From the NCBI GenBank assembly GCA_022448165.1, contig JAKVAS010000001.1, positions 40,913 to 104,912 on the forward strand: a stretch of 64,000 bases of DNA, given 5' to 3'. The DNA is from Crocinitomicaceae bacterium (GTDB lineage Bacteria > Bacteroidota > Bacteroidia > Flavobacteriales_D > Crocinitomicaceae). Positions 19,025-27,792 of this stretch are shown here, one piece after another. The notes beneath the pieces are model-generated. The model had not been told where the DNA came from and searched no databases. It was given only the letters and a program-made list of their open reading frames with translations. Positions within the stretch are counted from its first letter, which is position 1. Each line of letters opens with the position of its first letter. The position numbers and the translations under genes are program-made.

Positions 19025-20896
19025 TTATCGGCCTAGATATACGAGCAACACGGAAACATCGCTAGGGGAAACTCCGCTAACCCTCGATGCCTGACCTATA
19101 GTCACAGGTCTCAAGTTAGATAATTTCTCTTTTGCCTCAGAACTAAGGCTGCCAAGCTTATTATAATCTATATCCTTTGGAATAGCAACCGTTTCTAACC
19201 GATTCATCTTTTGCGCTACACCTTCCTCTCGAGAGATGTATCCATCATACTTCAATTGAATTTCGGTCTGAAAAACAACATCCTCATGCTCACTTAACAA
19301 CCTTTTTGCCAAAACAGAAGAATCATCCCCCATGGCCAACACATCCTTCATTGAAATATTAGGCCGAGTAATCAAAGAGCTGAGCTTTACTTGATGCTTA
19401 ATTAACGAACTACCCCTATCCGCCAGTATTGGGTTCGCACGTTCCGGTGTAACCCCTTCTTTTCTTAAAGATTTTTTCAGAGCTTCAGTTCCACTAATTT
19501 TCGCGTCAACTCTTCTCATGTCATCTTGAGAGGCCATACCAATAGTATTAGCTAAAGGCGTTAGCCTTATATCGGCATTATCCTGCCGAAGAAGAATTCT
19601 ATACTCTGCCCGACTAGTAAACATTCGATATGGTTCTTCCGTACCCTTTGTGATAAGGTCATCTATTAAAACACCAATATAAGCATCGCTTCTAGACAGT
19701 ATAAACGAGTCCTGTTCCTTCACTAATTTATGTGCATTAATACCAGCCATCAAACCTTGACACGCAGCCTCTTCATATCCAGTAGTACCATTAATTTGCC
19801 CAGCGAAAAACAAACCATTTATCAACTTCGTTTCCAGCGTATGTTTTAACTGTGTTGGCGGGAAGTAATCATATTCTATAGCATACCCTGGCCGAAACAT
19901 TTTCGCATTTTCAAAACCGGGTATAGACCTCATCGCTTTTATCTGAACTTCCTCAGGTAACGAAGTACTGAATCCATTAACATAAATTTCCACTGTGTTC
20001 CAACCTTCAGGTTCAACAAAAATTTGATGGCGTTCCCTATCTGCAAACCTATTAATCTTATCCTCTATACTCGGACAATATCGAGGGCCTGAACTTTTAA
20101 TAGCACCATTAAACATTGGAGACCGATCAAAACCCTCTCTTAGTAAATCATGCGTATTAGTGCTAGTATAAGTAATATGACATGCACGTTGTTTGCTCAA
20201 CGCTTTTGTATTAGTATAACTAAACTTCGAAGGAACATCGTCACCGGGCTGTTCCTCCATCTTAGAATAATCTAAAGACCTACCATCGACCCTTGGAGGA
20301 GTACCGGTTTTCATTCTTCCAGATTCAAAGCCTAAACCAATCAACTCTTCGGTTATACCAGTAGACGCTCCCTCACCCGCTCTTCCACCTCCAAACTGCT
20401 TTTCACCTAAATGAATCAACCCATTTAGAAATGTGCCATTAGTTAAAACGACACTCTTCGCCTTTATCTCAAGTCCAATAGATGTTTTAACACCCGCAAC
20501 CCTATCACCCTCAACAATAAGCCCTGTGCACATATCTTGCCAAAAATCCACTCCTGGGTTTCTCTCCAACAACAACCTCCACTCTTCAGCAAAGCGCATT
20601 CTGTCATTTTGCGTTCTAGGAGACCACATAGCTGGGCCTTTCGACATATTTAACATTCGAAACTGAATGGCACTCAGATCGCTTACAACCCCAGAACCAC
20701 CACCCAAAGCATCTATCTCCCTTACAATTTGCCCCTTTGCAACACCGCCCATAGCCGGGTTACAACTCATTTGAGCAATTGTATTCATGTTCATAGTAAT
20801 AAGGAGTACTGAACTCCCCATTTTTGCCGCAGCATTTGCCGCCTCACAGCCAGCATGCCCAGCCCCAACTACAACAACATCATAATTCTTCAACAT
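19025..20896 (-). CDS. mnmG: tRNA uridine 5-carboxymethylaminomethyl modification enzyme MnmG (GidA)
   Basis: N-terminus YDVVVVGAGHAGCEAA, conserved throughout, 623 aa. Confidence 0.95.
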   Translation of the reverse strand: MLKNYDVVVVGAGHAGCEAANAAAKMGSSVLLITMNMNTIAQMSCNPAMGGVAKGQIVREIDALGGGSGVVSDLSAIQFRMLNMSKGPAMWSPRTQNDRMRFAEEWRLLLERNPGVDFWQDMCTGLIVEGDRVAGVKTSIGLEIKAKSVVLTNGTFLNGLIHLGEKQFGGGRAGEGASTGITEELIGLGFESGRMKTGTPPRVDGRSLDYSKMEEQPGDDVPSKFSYTNTKALSKQRACHITYTSTNTHDLLREGFDRSPMFNGAIKSSGPRYCPSIEDKINRFADRERHQIFVEPEGWNTVEIYVNGFSTSLPEEVQIKAMRSIPGFENAKMFRPGYAIEYDYFPPTQLKHTLETKLINGLFFAGQINGTTGYEEAACQGLMAGINAHKLVKEQDSFILSRSDAYIGVLIDDLITKGTEEPYRMFTSRAEYRILLRQDNADIRLTPLANTIGMASQDDMRRVDAKISGTEALKKSLRKEGVTPERANPILADRGSSLIKHQVKLSSLITRPNISMKDVLAMGDDSSVLAKRLLSEHEDVVFQTEIQLKYDGYISREEGVAQKMNRLETVAIPKDIDYNKLGSLSSEAKEKLSNLRPVTIGQASRVSGVSPSDVSVLLVYLGR

Positions 20897-20904
20897 AACT
20901 TAAC

Positions 20905-20918
20905 GTTTCACGTGAAAC
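20905..20918. repeat. GTTTCACGTGAAAC palindrome (copy 2)
   Basis: A perfect 14-bp palindrome in the 48-bp ybeY-mnmG spacer. Confidence 0.6.
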
Positions 20919-20944
20919 AAAAATAACACCTTTTAAAACAATAG

Positions 20945-21370
20945 TCACGTTTCACGTGAAACAATCAAACTCAAAGCAACACCCTCTTTCTCCCTCATAA
21001 CACCAGCCTGTTCCTTTGTTTTGTCTCCATAGCCAATCAAATGTAAAACCCCATGAGCAACCACTCGGTTCAGTTCCACGTGAAACATCTCACCCAGCAA
21101 CCCCGCATTCTCTCGTACTCGATCCACAGAAACAAACAAGTCGCCTGACACCACCCTGTCCTCACAATAATCAAACGTTATTATGTCCGTATAATAATCG
21201 TGATTTAAATGTTTAACGTTCATATCCAGCAAATAATTATCCGAACAAAAAACCACAGTTAAGTCACCCAACACCCTGTCCTCCATATCACACAACTCCG
21301 AAAGCCATGAAACAAAAAATTCCGGACCAACGTCCAGAACCTCTGTATCTTCATAAAAAACCTCTACCAC
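20945..21370 (-). CDS. ybeY: rRNA maturation endoribonuclease YbeY
   Basis: Metal-binding motif HGVLHLIGYGD. It has a GTG start that overlaps the upstream stop (TAGTG). Confidence 0.9.
   Translation of the reverse strand: MVEVFYEDTEVLDVGPEFFVSWLSELCDMEDRVLGDLTVVFCSDNYLLDMNVKHLNHDYYTDIITFDYCEDRVVSGDLFVSVDRVRENAGLLGEMFHVELNRVVAHGVLHLIGYGDKTKEQAGVMREKEGVALSLIVSRET
20949..20962. repeat. GTTTCACGTGAAAC palindrome (copy 3), overlapping the last codons of ybeY
   Basis: A perfect 14-bp palindrome 44 bp from copy 2. It encodes the C-terminal VSRET of YbeY. Confidence 0.6.
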
Positions 21371-21786
21371 TATTTCTTCGAAAAATAAATATTAACATTT
21401 CTACCCTTGTCTTCAAACTCCACAGCCTCTGCTAGAGATCTCATTAAAAAAATACCTCTTCCGTTTTCCTTCTCCACGTTCTCCGGTGCCGTTGGATCTG
21501 GCAACCCTTTGTAATCAAAACCTTTACCATAATCCTTTACACTAAAACAAAAATCTGTTTCTTTGTCCCCCACAAAAAGATCAACCTTTAAATCTCCGTT
21601 CATTTCATTGCCATGCTGAATAGCATTATTAACAGCCTCTGTTACCGCAATCAAAACGTTTCCATAGTAATCCTCTTTAACACTAAGCTTTTCACACACC
21701 TCGTCTATTAACACCTCAACTCGGCCTATAGAATCAAAATCCGACGGGATAGACAAGCTATCAACAACAGTATACCCTTCCTTCAT
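21370..21786 (-). CDS. HATPase_c-type ATP-binding protein (RsbW/SpoIIAB-like anti-sigma Ser kinase fold)
   Basis: The 138-aa ORF has an N-box-like segment TEAVNNAIQHGN and G-box-like segments DYGKGF and GRGIFLM. Confidence 0.65.
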   Translation of the reverse strand: MKEGYTVVDSLSIPSDFDSIGRVEVLIDEVCEKLSVKEDYYGNVLIAVTEAVNNAIQHGNEMNGDLKVDLFVGDKETDFCFSVKDYGKGFDYKGLPDPTAPENVEKENGRGIFLMRSLAEAVEFEDKGRNVNIYFSKK

Positions 21787-21800
21787 ACAACAGTTTAATA

Positions 21801-24800
21801 TTACATACGATTAAAATACTCGTTCGCCCTATCCTTATAGTACTTTCTATAAGCAGGATCAACCGAACGCAGCAATTCAATCTGCTTTAGTTTTTCCTTG
21901 TTATACTCATTAAAACGAATTAGGTTACCATTATTCTCGTTTTTTCCTTCTTTAGACTCCCTCTTCTCATCATAACCTCTTTCCATAATAGCCTTTTCAC
22001 TTTCCAACAAACGTGTTAATATCTCTTGTTGCCTTTTAATTAGATTATTATTCAGCCTCTTATTTACCAAATCCTTTTCCTGTTTTTCTAACTCATCTAT
22101 CAAAGGGTTTAATCGGTTTCCTTCTCCCTTACCACTTTTATTTAATTCATTCTTCAATTGTTCAAGTCGTTTTCTTATTGCAGATTGCTCTGCTGCCATC
22201 TTTGCAATTTGCTTATTTCCAAGTCCCATACCTCCTTCACCACCAGGTTTACCGCCCGGTTTGCTGCCTGGTTTATCACCTGGCTTGCTGCCACCAGCAT
22301 TAGAGCCCTTCTTTAATGCATCTAATTGCTTCTTTAACATTTGCTTCATGTCCTGTGACGACATTTTACCAGCTCCTGGCTTTGGAGAACCATTACCACC
22401 AGGCTTATTACAACTACCTGACCCAGGCTTAGAGTCCTTCATTTTTTGCTGCATATCCTGCAGACTTTCATTTAACATCAGAGCCAAATTATTATACGAG
22501 GTCATAACATATTGCTGTCTCACCGCTAAATTTCCCTTTCGATTATCTCGCCTAGCATTTGCACCAAAGAACTCATCCAAATCCTCAAGTGCCAACTTAT
22601 GGTTCGCTTCAATTGTATTTAATTCTTTATCTATAAATGACGCTATTTTAGGTTGTCTCTCGGCCAATGCATACAAACTATCACGAACATTTCTAGTATC
22701 ATTAACAATACGCCTCTGATTACGCCTATGTGCCTTGAACGCAGGATTGTCTTCTTTAGTCTTCTTTAGACTATTCATAACATCCTCTTGATCCAAGCTT
22801 AAACTGACCAAACTCTCTAAAACATTTCGCAACATATCCATATCCTCACCCTGCTGTTCCTGATTAGCCTGCTGTTGCTGCATATCAAGATTTTCCGCCA
22901 TTTGCTTCATTTTCTCCGACGCACTCTTCTGTGACCCGCTAGCTTTCTTTCCTTTGTTCTTATCCAGTTGTTCACTAGACTCTTTTAAGTCCTCACTAAT
23001 TTCTTTACTTTGTTCCTCTTGACCTTTCAAATCCATCGGGTCATTCAACTGATTATTCAATTCATCCAACTCCTCTAATTCCTTTTTTAAATCCTCAAAT
23101 CTTTCATTTATATCATTCTGCTTTTCTTTATCAGATTCATCAATGTTCTTTTCATTTTCCGTTTTCTCCCTTAATTCCTCTTGATCCTTCGACAACTCCT
23201 TTAGCTCTTCTTCTATATCATCAATCTTCTCATTAACCTGAAGTCTCTTTAACATCTCCAGGCTTCTATCCAATTGCTTCTTCATATCCTCAGACGACAT
23301 TTCCAACTCATCCATTTTCTCCTGTATTCCCTCTTCGTCATTTTGCTTCAACAAATCCTCTAATTGGTCTAACAAATCCTTAAGCTCATCATCCATTAAC
23401 TCTTCTAACAACTTATCTATAAGTTCTTGTTGATCCATAATCTCTTTCTCAATTTCAGAAAGTTGATTTTTTTCTTCCAAAGAGTTTTGCATTTCTTCTT
23501 GAATACTTTCCAGGTTTTCTAGCAGTGACTTATGATCTTCTTTCAATTGACGAACTTGGTTTTCTTTATTCCAATTGGATTGTTTAGAATTTCGCGTCTC
23601 CTCTCTAAGCCTCTCAAGGTTCTCCTTAAACTTATCCGCTTGTTTCAACACATTACTTAAATCATCTTTCGTCTTCTCTTGCTCCTCCTCTCTTTTGTCA
23701 TTTAACTCTTCAAGATTGGGTAGTTTATATAAGAACACTCTACTTCTAACCGTCTTACTACCATTGACTCCGTCATTATCGCCTACAATGAAATAATACT
23801 CGATTTTATCCTCTAAAGAAATGTTCTCCCTTCTAAAGTCTACCGCAAAATCAAACGGAGCTTCAGTTCCAAACACATGCCCCGCATTCATCCTAACTAC
23901 TCTATCACGACCGCTATTTCCGACAATTTTATAGACAAAAACCAAACTAGATAAACCATGATCATCTGAGACCATACCATTAAAAAACCTTCTTCCGTCA
24001 TTTAGGGAGTCCATAGACTCTTGGACACTAATCGACGGATAGCTATCCTTAATTACATCGATCTTAAACGAAGTAGTATCAAGTATGCCGCTTTCTGTGT
24101 TCTCCAAAACTACTCCACCTTCAACATCAGAAAACAAATCACCAACAAAAGAAAATCCCTTTTTATCATATTTTCTTCTCTCATTCCCTAGCCAAAACTC
24201 CGTATTTACACTGTTCTTCGTAAGTACGCTCCAGGTGATTTCAGTTCCTTCCGGAACAATCAAATCACTAGCATTCTCGACAACTTCGCTTTCAGTTTTT
24301 AAATATTCAGGAAATTTCAATGTCGCCTGCATCTTACCAATCGCTGTCTTAGCAATAACTTCTATATTATATTCTTCGCTCCTATACTCATTCGCCTCAA
24401 ATTGAACTATCATTCTTTTCCTAACTTGGGCTATTTCCCCAACGAAAGTATTCTTGGTTTTTCTCTTTAATAGTTTTCTACCTTTAGGAGAATTAACATA
24501 TAGCTTTTCTGGTAAATCATTCCCAGACAATTCCACTTCAAAGCTAAAGTCACTACCTTCAACGACCTTTCTATTATCCCCTAATAATGAAAAGGTAAAT
24601 GGTGCTTGTAATTCAAATTCTTGTGTAAAATTCAAAACCCTATTTGTTCCTTGCGTGAACAGTGACGGCATAAAAATCAACATGATAAACAGCACACCGA
24701 ATACCGGTATTAACCACTTTAAATGTTTTCGATTTTCCCCAAGATCTATTGCCTCAGAAAAAGGTAATACACTCATTTTCTCACTTCTCTGTTGAACACT

Positions 24801-25190
24801 CGCGTTTAACAATTCAAAGTCCGCTGAGTTCTTAGAAATTTGATCATTTAATTGCAGCGTATTTAATAACCTATCAGAAACATCCGGGAAAAACTTGCCT
24901 ATTACAGCTGAAGCCTGATACCTATCAATCCTTGTTCCGTAAGCCTTTAATTTCAACAAAGGAATAAATATGTAACGTGCCAATATATACCCATTAACAC
25001 CTATAAAACCAAAAAGCAATATACCTCGAATTAATGAGTTAAATCTACCGAAATACTCTAATCCAACAACGCACAAATATGTAACCAGTAATACTCCTAC
25101 AAAAAGGAACACCCCTTTTATTATTTGATTCTTGTAATACTTTCTGATAAAAGAATCAATCTGGCCAATTAACCTATCAAATGCACTCAT
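21801..25190 (-). CDS. Large membrane-anchored protein with a long charged coiled-coil region (DUF4175-like)
   Basis: The 1129-aa ORF has N-terminal TM helices, a central ~350-aa E/K/D/L-rich coiled coil, a G/S/K/P-rich low-complexity tract (GSKPGDKPGSKPGGKPGG) and a conserved-looking C-terminus. The family name is from memory and has not been searched. Confidence 0.55.
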   Translation of the reverse strand: MSAFDRLIGQIDSFIRKYYKNQIIKGVFLFVGVLLVTYLCVVGLEYFGRFNSLIRGILLFGFIGVNGYILARYIFIPLLKLKAYGTRIDRYQASAVIGKFFPDVSDRLLNTLQLNDQISKNSADFELLNASVQQRSEKMSVLPFSEAIDLGENRKHLKWLIPVFGVLFIMLIFMPSLFTQGTNRVLNFTQEFELQAPFTFSLLGDNRKVVEGSDFSFEVELSGNDLPEKLYVNSPKGRKLLKRKTKNTFVGEIAQVRKRMIVQFEANEYRSEEYNIEVIAKTAIGKMQATLKFPEYLKTESEVVENASDLIVPEGTEITWSVLTKNSVNTEFWLGNERRKYDKKGFSFVGDLFSDVEGGVVLENTESGILDTTSFKIDVIKDSYPSISVQESMDSLNDGRRFFNGMVSDDHGLSSLVFVYKIVGNSGRDRVVRMNAGHVFGTEAPFDFAVDFRRENISLEDKIEYYFIVGDNDGVNGSKTVRSRVFLYKLPNLEELNDKREEEQEKTKDDLSNVLKQADKFKENLERLREETRNSKQSNWNKENQVRQLKEDHKSLLENLESIQEEMQNSLEEKNQLSEIEKEIMDQQELIDKLLEELMDDELKDLLDQLEDLLKQNDEEGIQEKMDELEMSSEDMKKQLDRSLEMLKRLQVNEKIDDIEEELKELSKDQEELREKTENEKNIDESDKEKQNDINERFEDLKKELEELDELNNQLNDPMDLKGQEEQSKEISEDLKESSEQLDKNKGKKASGSQKSASEKMKQMAENLDMQQQQANQEQQGEDMDMLRNVLESLVSLSLDQEDVMNSLKKTKEDNPAFKAHRRNQRRIVNDTRNVRDSLYALAERQPKIASFIDKELNTIEANHKLALEDLDEFFGANARRDNRKGNLAVRQQYVMTSYNNLALMLNESLQDMQQKMKDSKPGSGSCNKPGGNGSPKPGAGKMSSQDMKQMLKKQLDALKKGSNAGGSKPGDKPGSKPGGKPGGEGGMGLGNKQIAKMAAEQSAIRKRLEQLKNELNKSGKGEGNRLNPLIDELEKQEKDLVNKRLNNNLIKRQQEILTRLLESEKAIMERGYDEKRESKEGKNENNGNLIRFNEYNKEKLKQIELLRSVDPAYRKYYKDRANEYFNRM

Positions 25191-25315
25191 AAAATTTTAT
25201 TGAATAACTAAAATACAACATATCTTACGTACCTACTTAAAATAAACGTTAACAGACCGTACAATCATAAAACGTTCTTGTTCAACACATACTTTCCTAT
25301 TAACGCCATTCTCGC

Positions 25316-25323
25316 TATCTTTG
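25316..25323 (+). promoter_or_regulatory. Candidate -7 promoter box (TATCTTTG) for gltX
   Basis: Exact TAnnTTTG match 21 nt upstream of the ATG at 25344. It lies inside the longer track ORF, which supports the shorter start. Confidence 0.4.
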
Positions 25324-25343
25324 CAGTCAAAATTATATTCTAT

Positions 25344-26873
25344 ATGTCAACTAAAGCCGTTCGCGTACGCTTCGCACCATCTCCAACAGGTCCTCTTCAT
25401 ATGGGAGGAGTTCGTACTGCTTTGTACAATTATTTATTTGCAAAAAAACACAATGGAACTTTCATTATTAGAATTGAAGACACCGACCAAACCAGATTTG
25501 TTCCGGGTGCTCAAGACTACATAATGGATGCTCTTAACTGGTGTGGTATTTTACCAACAGAGGGACCCGGAATCGGTGGAGAATTTGGTCCATACATTCA
25601 GTCTGAGCGTAAAGCGATCTACCGACCCTATGCCGACAGGTTAGTTGCTGAAGACAAGGCGTATATAGCTTTTGATACCGCCGAAGAACTTACCTCTATG
25701 CGCGATCAGGCTAAAAAAATGGGTATGCCGAACTGGCAATACAACAGTGTCACCCGTGTAACTATGCAAAATTCATTATCATTATCTAGCGATGAAGTTC
25801 AACGCAGAATAGATGCCGGAGATCCATATGTTATTCGCATGAAAATGCCTCGTAACAAAGATATTCGTTTCGAAGATGAAATTCGTGGTTGGGTAGTTGT
25901 TAACACCAACAACTTAGATGATAAAGTTTTGTTCAAGTCTGATGGAATGCCAACTTATCACCTTGCTAATATCGTTGATGATCATACCATGGAAATAAGT
26001 CATGTAATTCGAGGAGAAGAATGGCTTCCTTCTGCCCCACTCCATGTTATGTTATATGAAGCATTCGGTTGGGACTGTCCGTCTTTCGCACACCTACCAC
26101 TTCTATTAAAGCCAGATGGAAATGGTAAACTCTCTAAACGCGATGGCGACCGACTTGGTTTTCCAGTATTTCCAACGAACTGGATGACTTCAGAAGGTGA
26201 GCTTTTCTCCGGGTATCGTGAGCAAGGATATTTCGCATCTTCGTTTGTTAATATGCTTGCTTTCCTAGGCTGGAATCCTGGCACTACACAAGAAATTTTC
26301 ACGTTAGAAGAGTTATGTGACTCCTTTTCACTTTCTCGGGTTGCTAAGGCCGGAGCCAAATTTGATCCAGATAAAACAAGATGGTTTCAACAACAATACT
26401 TACGGTCAACTCCTGATTCTGTATTAGCCAAATCGCTTTCTCATTTATTAGATGCTAGTTATCCACTAGACCGTTTAACTACAGTTTGTAAATTAATGAA
26501 GGAACGAGCTACGTTTGTAAAAGATATATGGACTGAAGGTTCTTTCCTGTTAGAACGTCCTAATTCATACGATGAAAAAACCACTAGAAAAAAATGGAAA
26601 GAAAAAGCTCCAAGTTTAATGACAGATTGGTTATCAGAGATGAGCAAAATCAAAGAATTTACTGCCGAAAACATAGAGCTCACATTTAAAGCATTTATTT
26701 CTTCTAAAGATATGGGTATTGGTGCGGTTCTACCATTATTTCGTCTTTTAGTCACCGGTAAAGGTATGGGTCCAAGTATGTTTGAAATTTCAGAATTTAT
26801 TGGAAAAGACGAATGTATGGATCGAATAAAACTTGGAATTGACACCGTTGAGGCAATTAAAGCTAATGCATGA
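25344..26873 (+). CDS. gltX: Glutamate--tRNA ligase
   Basis: A HIGH-type motif (PSPTGPLHMGG) and a KMSKS-type motif (KLSKR). Confidence 0.93.
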   Translation: MSTKAVRVRFAPSPTGPLHMGGVRTALYNYLFAKKHNGTFIIRIEDTDQTRFVPGAQDYIMDALNWCGILPTEGPGIGGEFGPYIQSERKAIYRPYADRLVAEDKAYIAFDTAEELTSMRDQAKKMGMPNWQYNSVTRVTMQNSLSLSSDEVQRRIDAGDPYVIRMKMPRNKDIRFEDEIRGWVVVNTNNLDDKVLFKSDGMPTYHLANIVDDHTMEISHVIRGEEWLPSAPLHVMLYEAFGWDCPSFAHLPLLLKPDGNGKLSKRDGDRLGFPVFPTNWMTSEGELFSGYREQGYFASSFVNMLAFLGWNPGTTQEIFTLEELCDSFSLSRVAKAGAKFDPDKTRWFQQQYLRSTPDSVLAKSLSHLLDASYPLDRLTTVCKLMKERATFVKDIWTEGSFLLERPNSYDEKTTRKKWKEKAPSLMTDWLSEMSKIKEFTAENIELTFKAFISSKDMGIGAVLPLFRLLVTGKGMGPSMFEISEFIGKDECMDRIKLGIDTVEAIKANA

Positions 26874-27223
26874 AACATACTATTGAAGTCAATGGAATAA
26901 AAGTGTATGCTTTCCATGGTTGTTTACCAGAAGAAGGAAAAATTGGTGGTTACTACGTAGTCGATGTTCATCTAACTACGGATTTTTCCCTTGCCGCTGA
27001 ACAAGACGACTTATCTCACACAATAGACTATGTCATTGTCAATCAGATTGTAGAGCAAGAAATGGCTATTAAATCAAAATTGATAGAGCATGTTGGTCAA
27101 AGAATTATTATGAAATTGCGAAAAAGCTTAGATACTATTGAAAATGTGCGAGTTAAAGTCACTAAAATCTCTCCTCCTATTAACGGAGATGTAGATAACG
27201 TTGCAATTATTATTCAGGACTAG
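26870..27223 (+). CDS. folB: Dihydroneopterin aldolase
   Basis: The 117-aa ORF has N-terminus IEVNGIKVYAFHGCLPEEGKIGG and a 4-nt overlap with gltX. Confidence 0.8.
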   Translation: MKHTIEVNGIKVYAFHGCLPEEGKIGGYYVVDVHLTTDFSLAAEQDDLSHTIDYVIVNQIVEQEMAIKSKLIEHVGQRIIMKLRKSLDTIENVRVKVTKISPPINGDVDNVAIIIQD

Positions 27224-27278
27224 ATAATCCTTCAATTTTTTATTACATTTGCCCCTAAATAAAGTCAGTTAGACTTTT

Positions 27279-27349
27279 GGTTCCGTGGCCGAGCGGCTAG
27301 GCAGAGGTCTGCAAAACCTCGTACAGCGGTTCGAATCCGCTCGGAACCT
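27279..27349 (+). tRNA. tRNA-Cys (GCA)
   Basis: Cloverleaf folded by hand. The acceptor stem GGTTCCG pairs with CGGAACC. The anticodon stem-loop is GAGGT-CTGCAAA-ACCTC (anticodon GCA), the T-arm is GCGGTTCGAATCCGC, and the discriminator is U as expected for tRNA-Cys. CCA is not encoded. Confidence 0.9.
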
Positions 27350-27353
27350 CTAG

Positions 27354-27386
27354 AAAACCCTTCTCTTATCTCAGAGGAGGGTTTTT
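27354..27386. terminator. Bidirectional rho-independent terminator between tRNA-Cys and the convergent two-component operon
   Basis: AAAA-CCCTTCTCT-tatctc-AGAGGAGGG-TTTTT, a 9-bp stem with one G-U pair. Confidence 0.7.
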
Positions 27387-27390
27387 GATT

Positions 27391-27792
27391 TTATCCAAAG
27401 TGCTTTTCGATTAACTCCAGTATTTTCGCCTCATACAACGGCTTATCAATATAATCATCTAACACTGCATATTTTTTAGACCTCTCTAGGTCTTCTTTTG
27501 CTAAAGATGTAGTCAACATACAAATAACTACTGAAGACTTCATAGACTCGTCTAAAACGCTATAATTATCAAGAAATTCAAAGCCATCCATTATAGGCAT
27601 ATTTATATCCAACAGAATCATGTCGGGTTGTGTGCCTTTGACGTTCATTTCTTTTATTATTTCTAATGCCTCCTTACCATTAGAAGCCTCATGAATATGC
27701 TTAAATGCTCTAACCTTTCCAACAAGATGTTTATTAAAAAAATTCGTTGTTGGATCATCATCAACAAGTAATAAGTGTTCTAATTGTTTCAT
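27391..27792 (-). CDS. Stand-alone response-regulator receiver domain protein
   Basis: The 133-aa ORF has the acidic pocket LLVDDD, a phospho-acceptor-like ILLDINMP and no output domain. Its start overlaps the kinase stop (ATGA). Confidence 0.85.
   Translation of the reverse strand: MKQLEHLLLVDDDPTTNFFNKHLVGKVRAFKHIHEASNGKEALEIIKEMNVKGTQPDMILLDINMPIMDGFEFLDNYSVLDESMKSSVVICMLTTSLAKEDLERSKKYAVLDDYIDKPLYEAKILELIEKHFG

Noticed and set aside
27279-27349. tRNA-Cys as an integration hotspot marking a genomic island (the adjacent TonB-dependent receptor and kinase operon)
   Set aside because: There is no integrase, no direct repeat of the tRNA 3' end downstream that I could find, and no compositional break visible by eye. 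The operon is separated from the tRNA only by a shared terminator.
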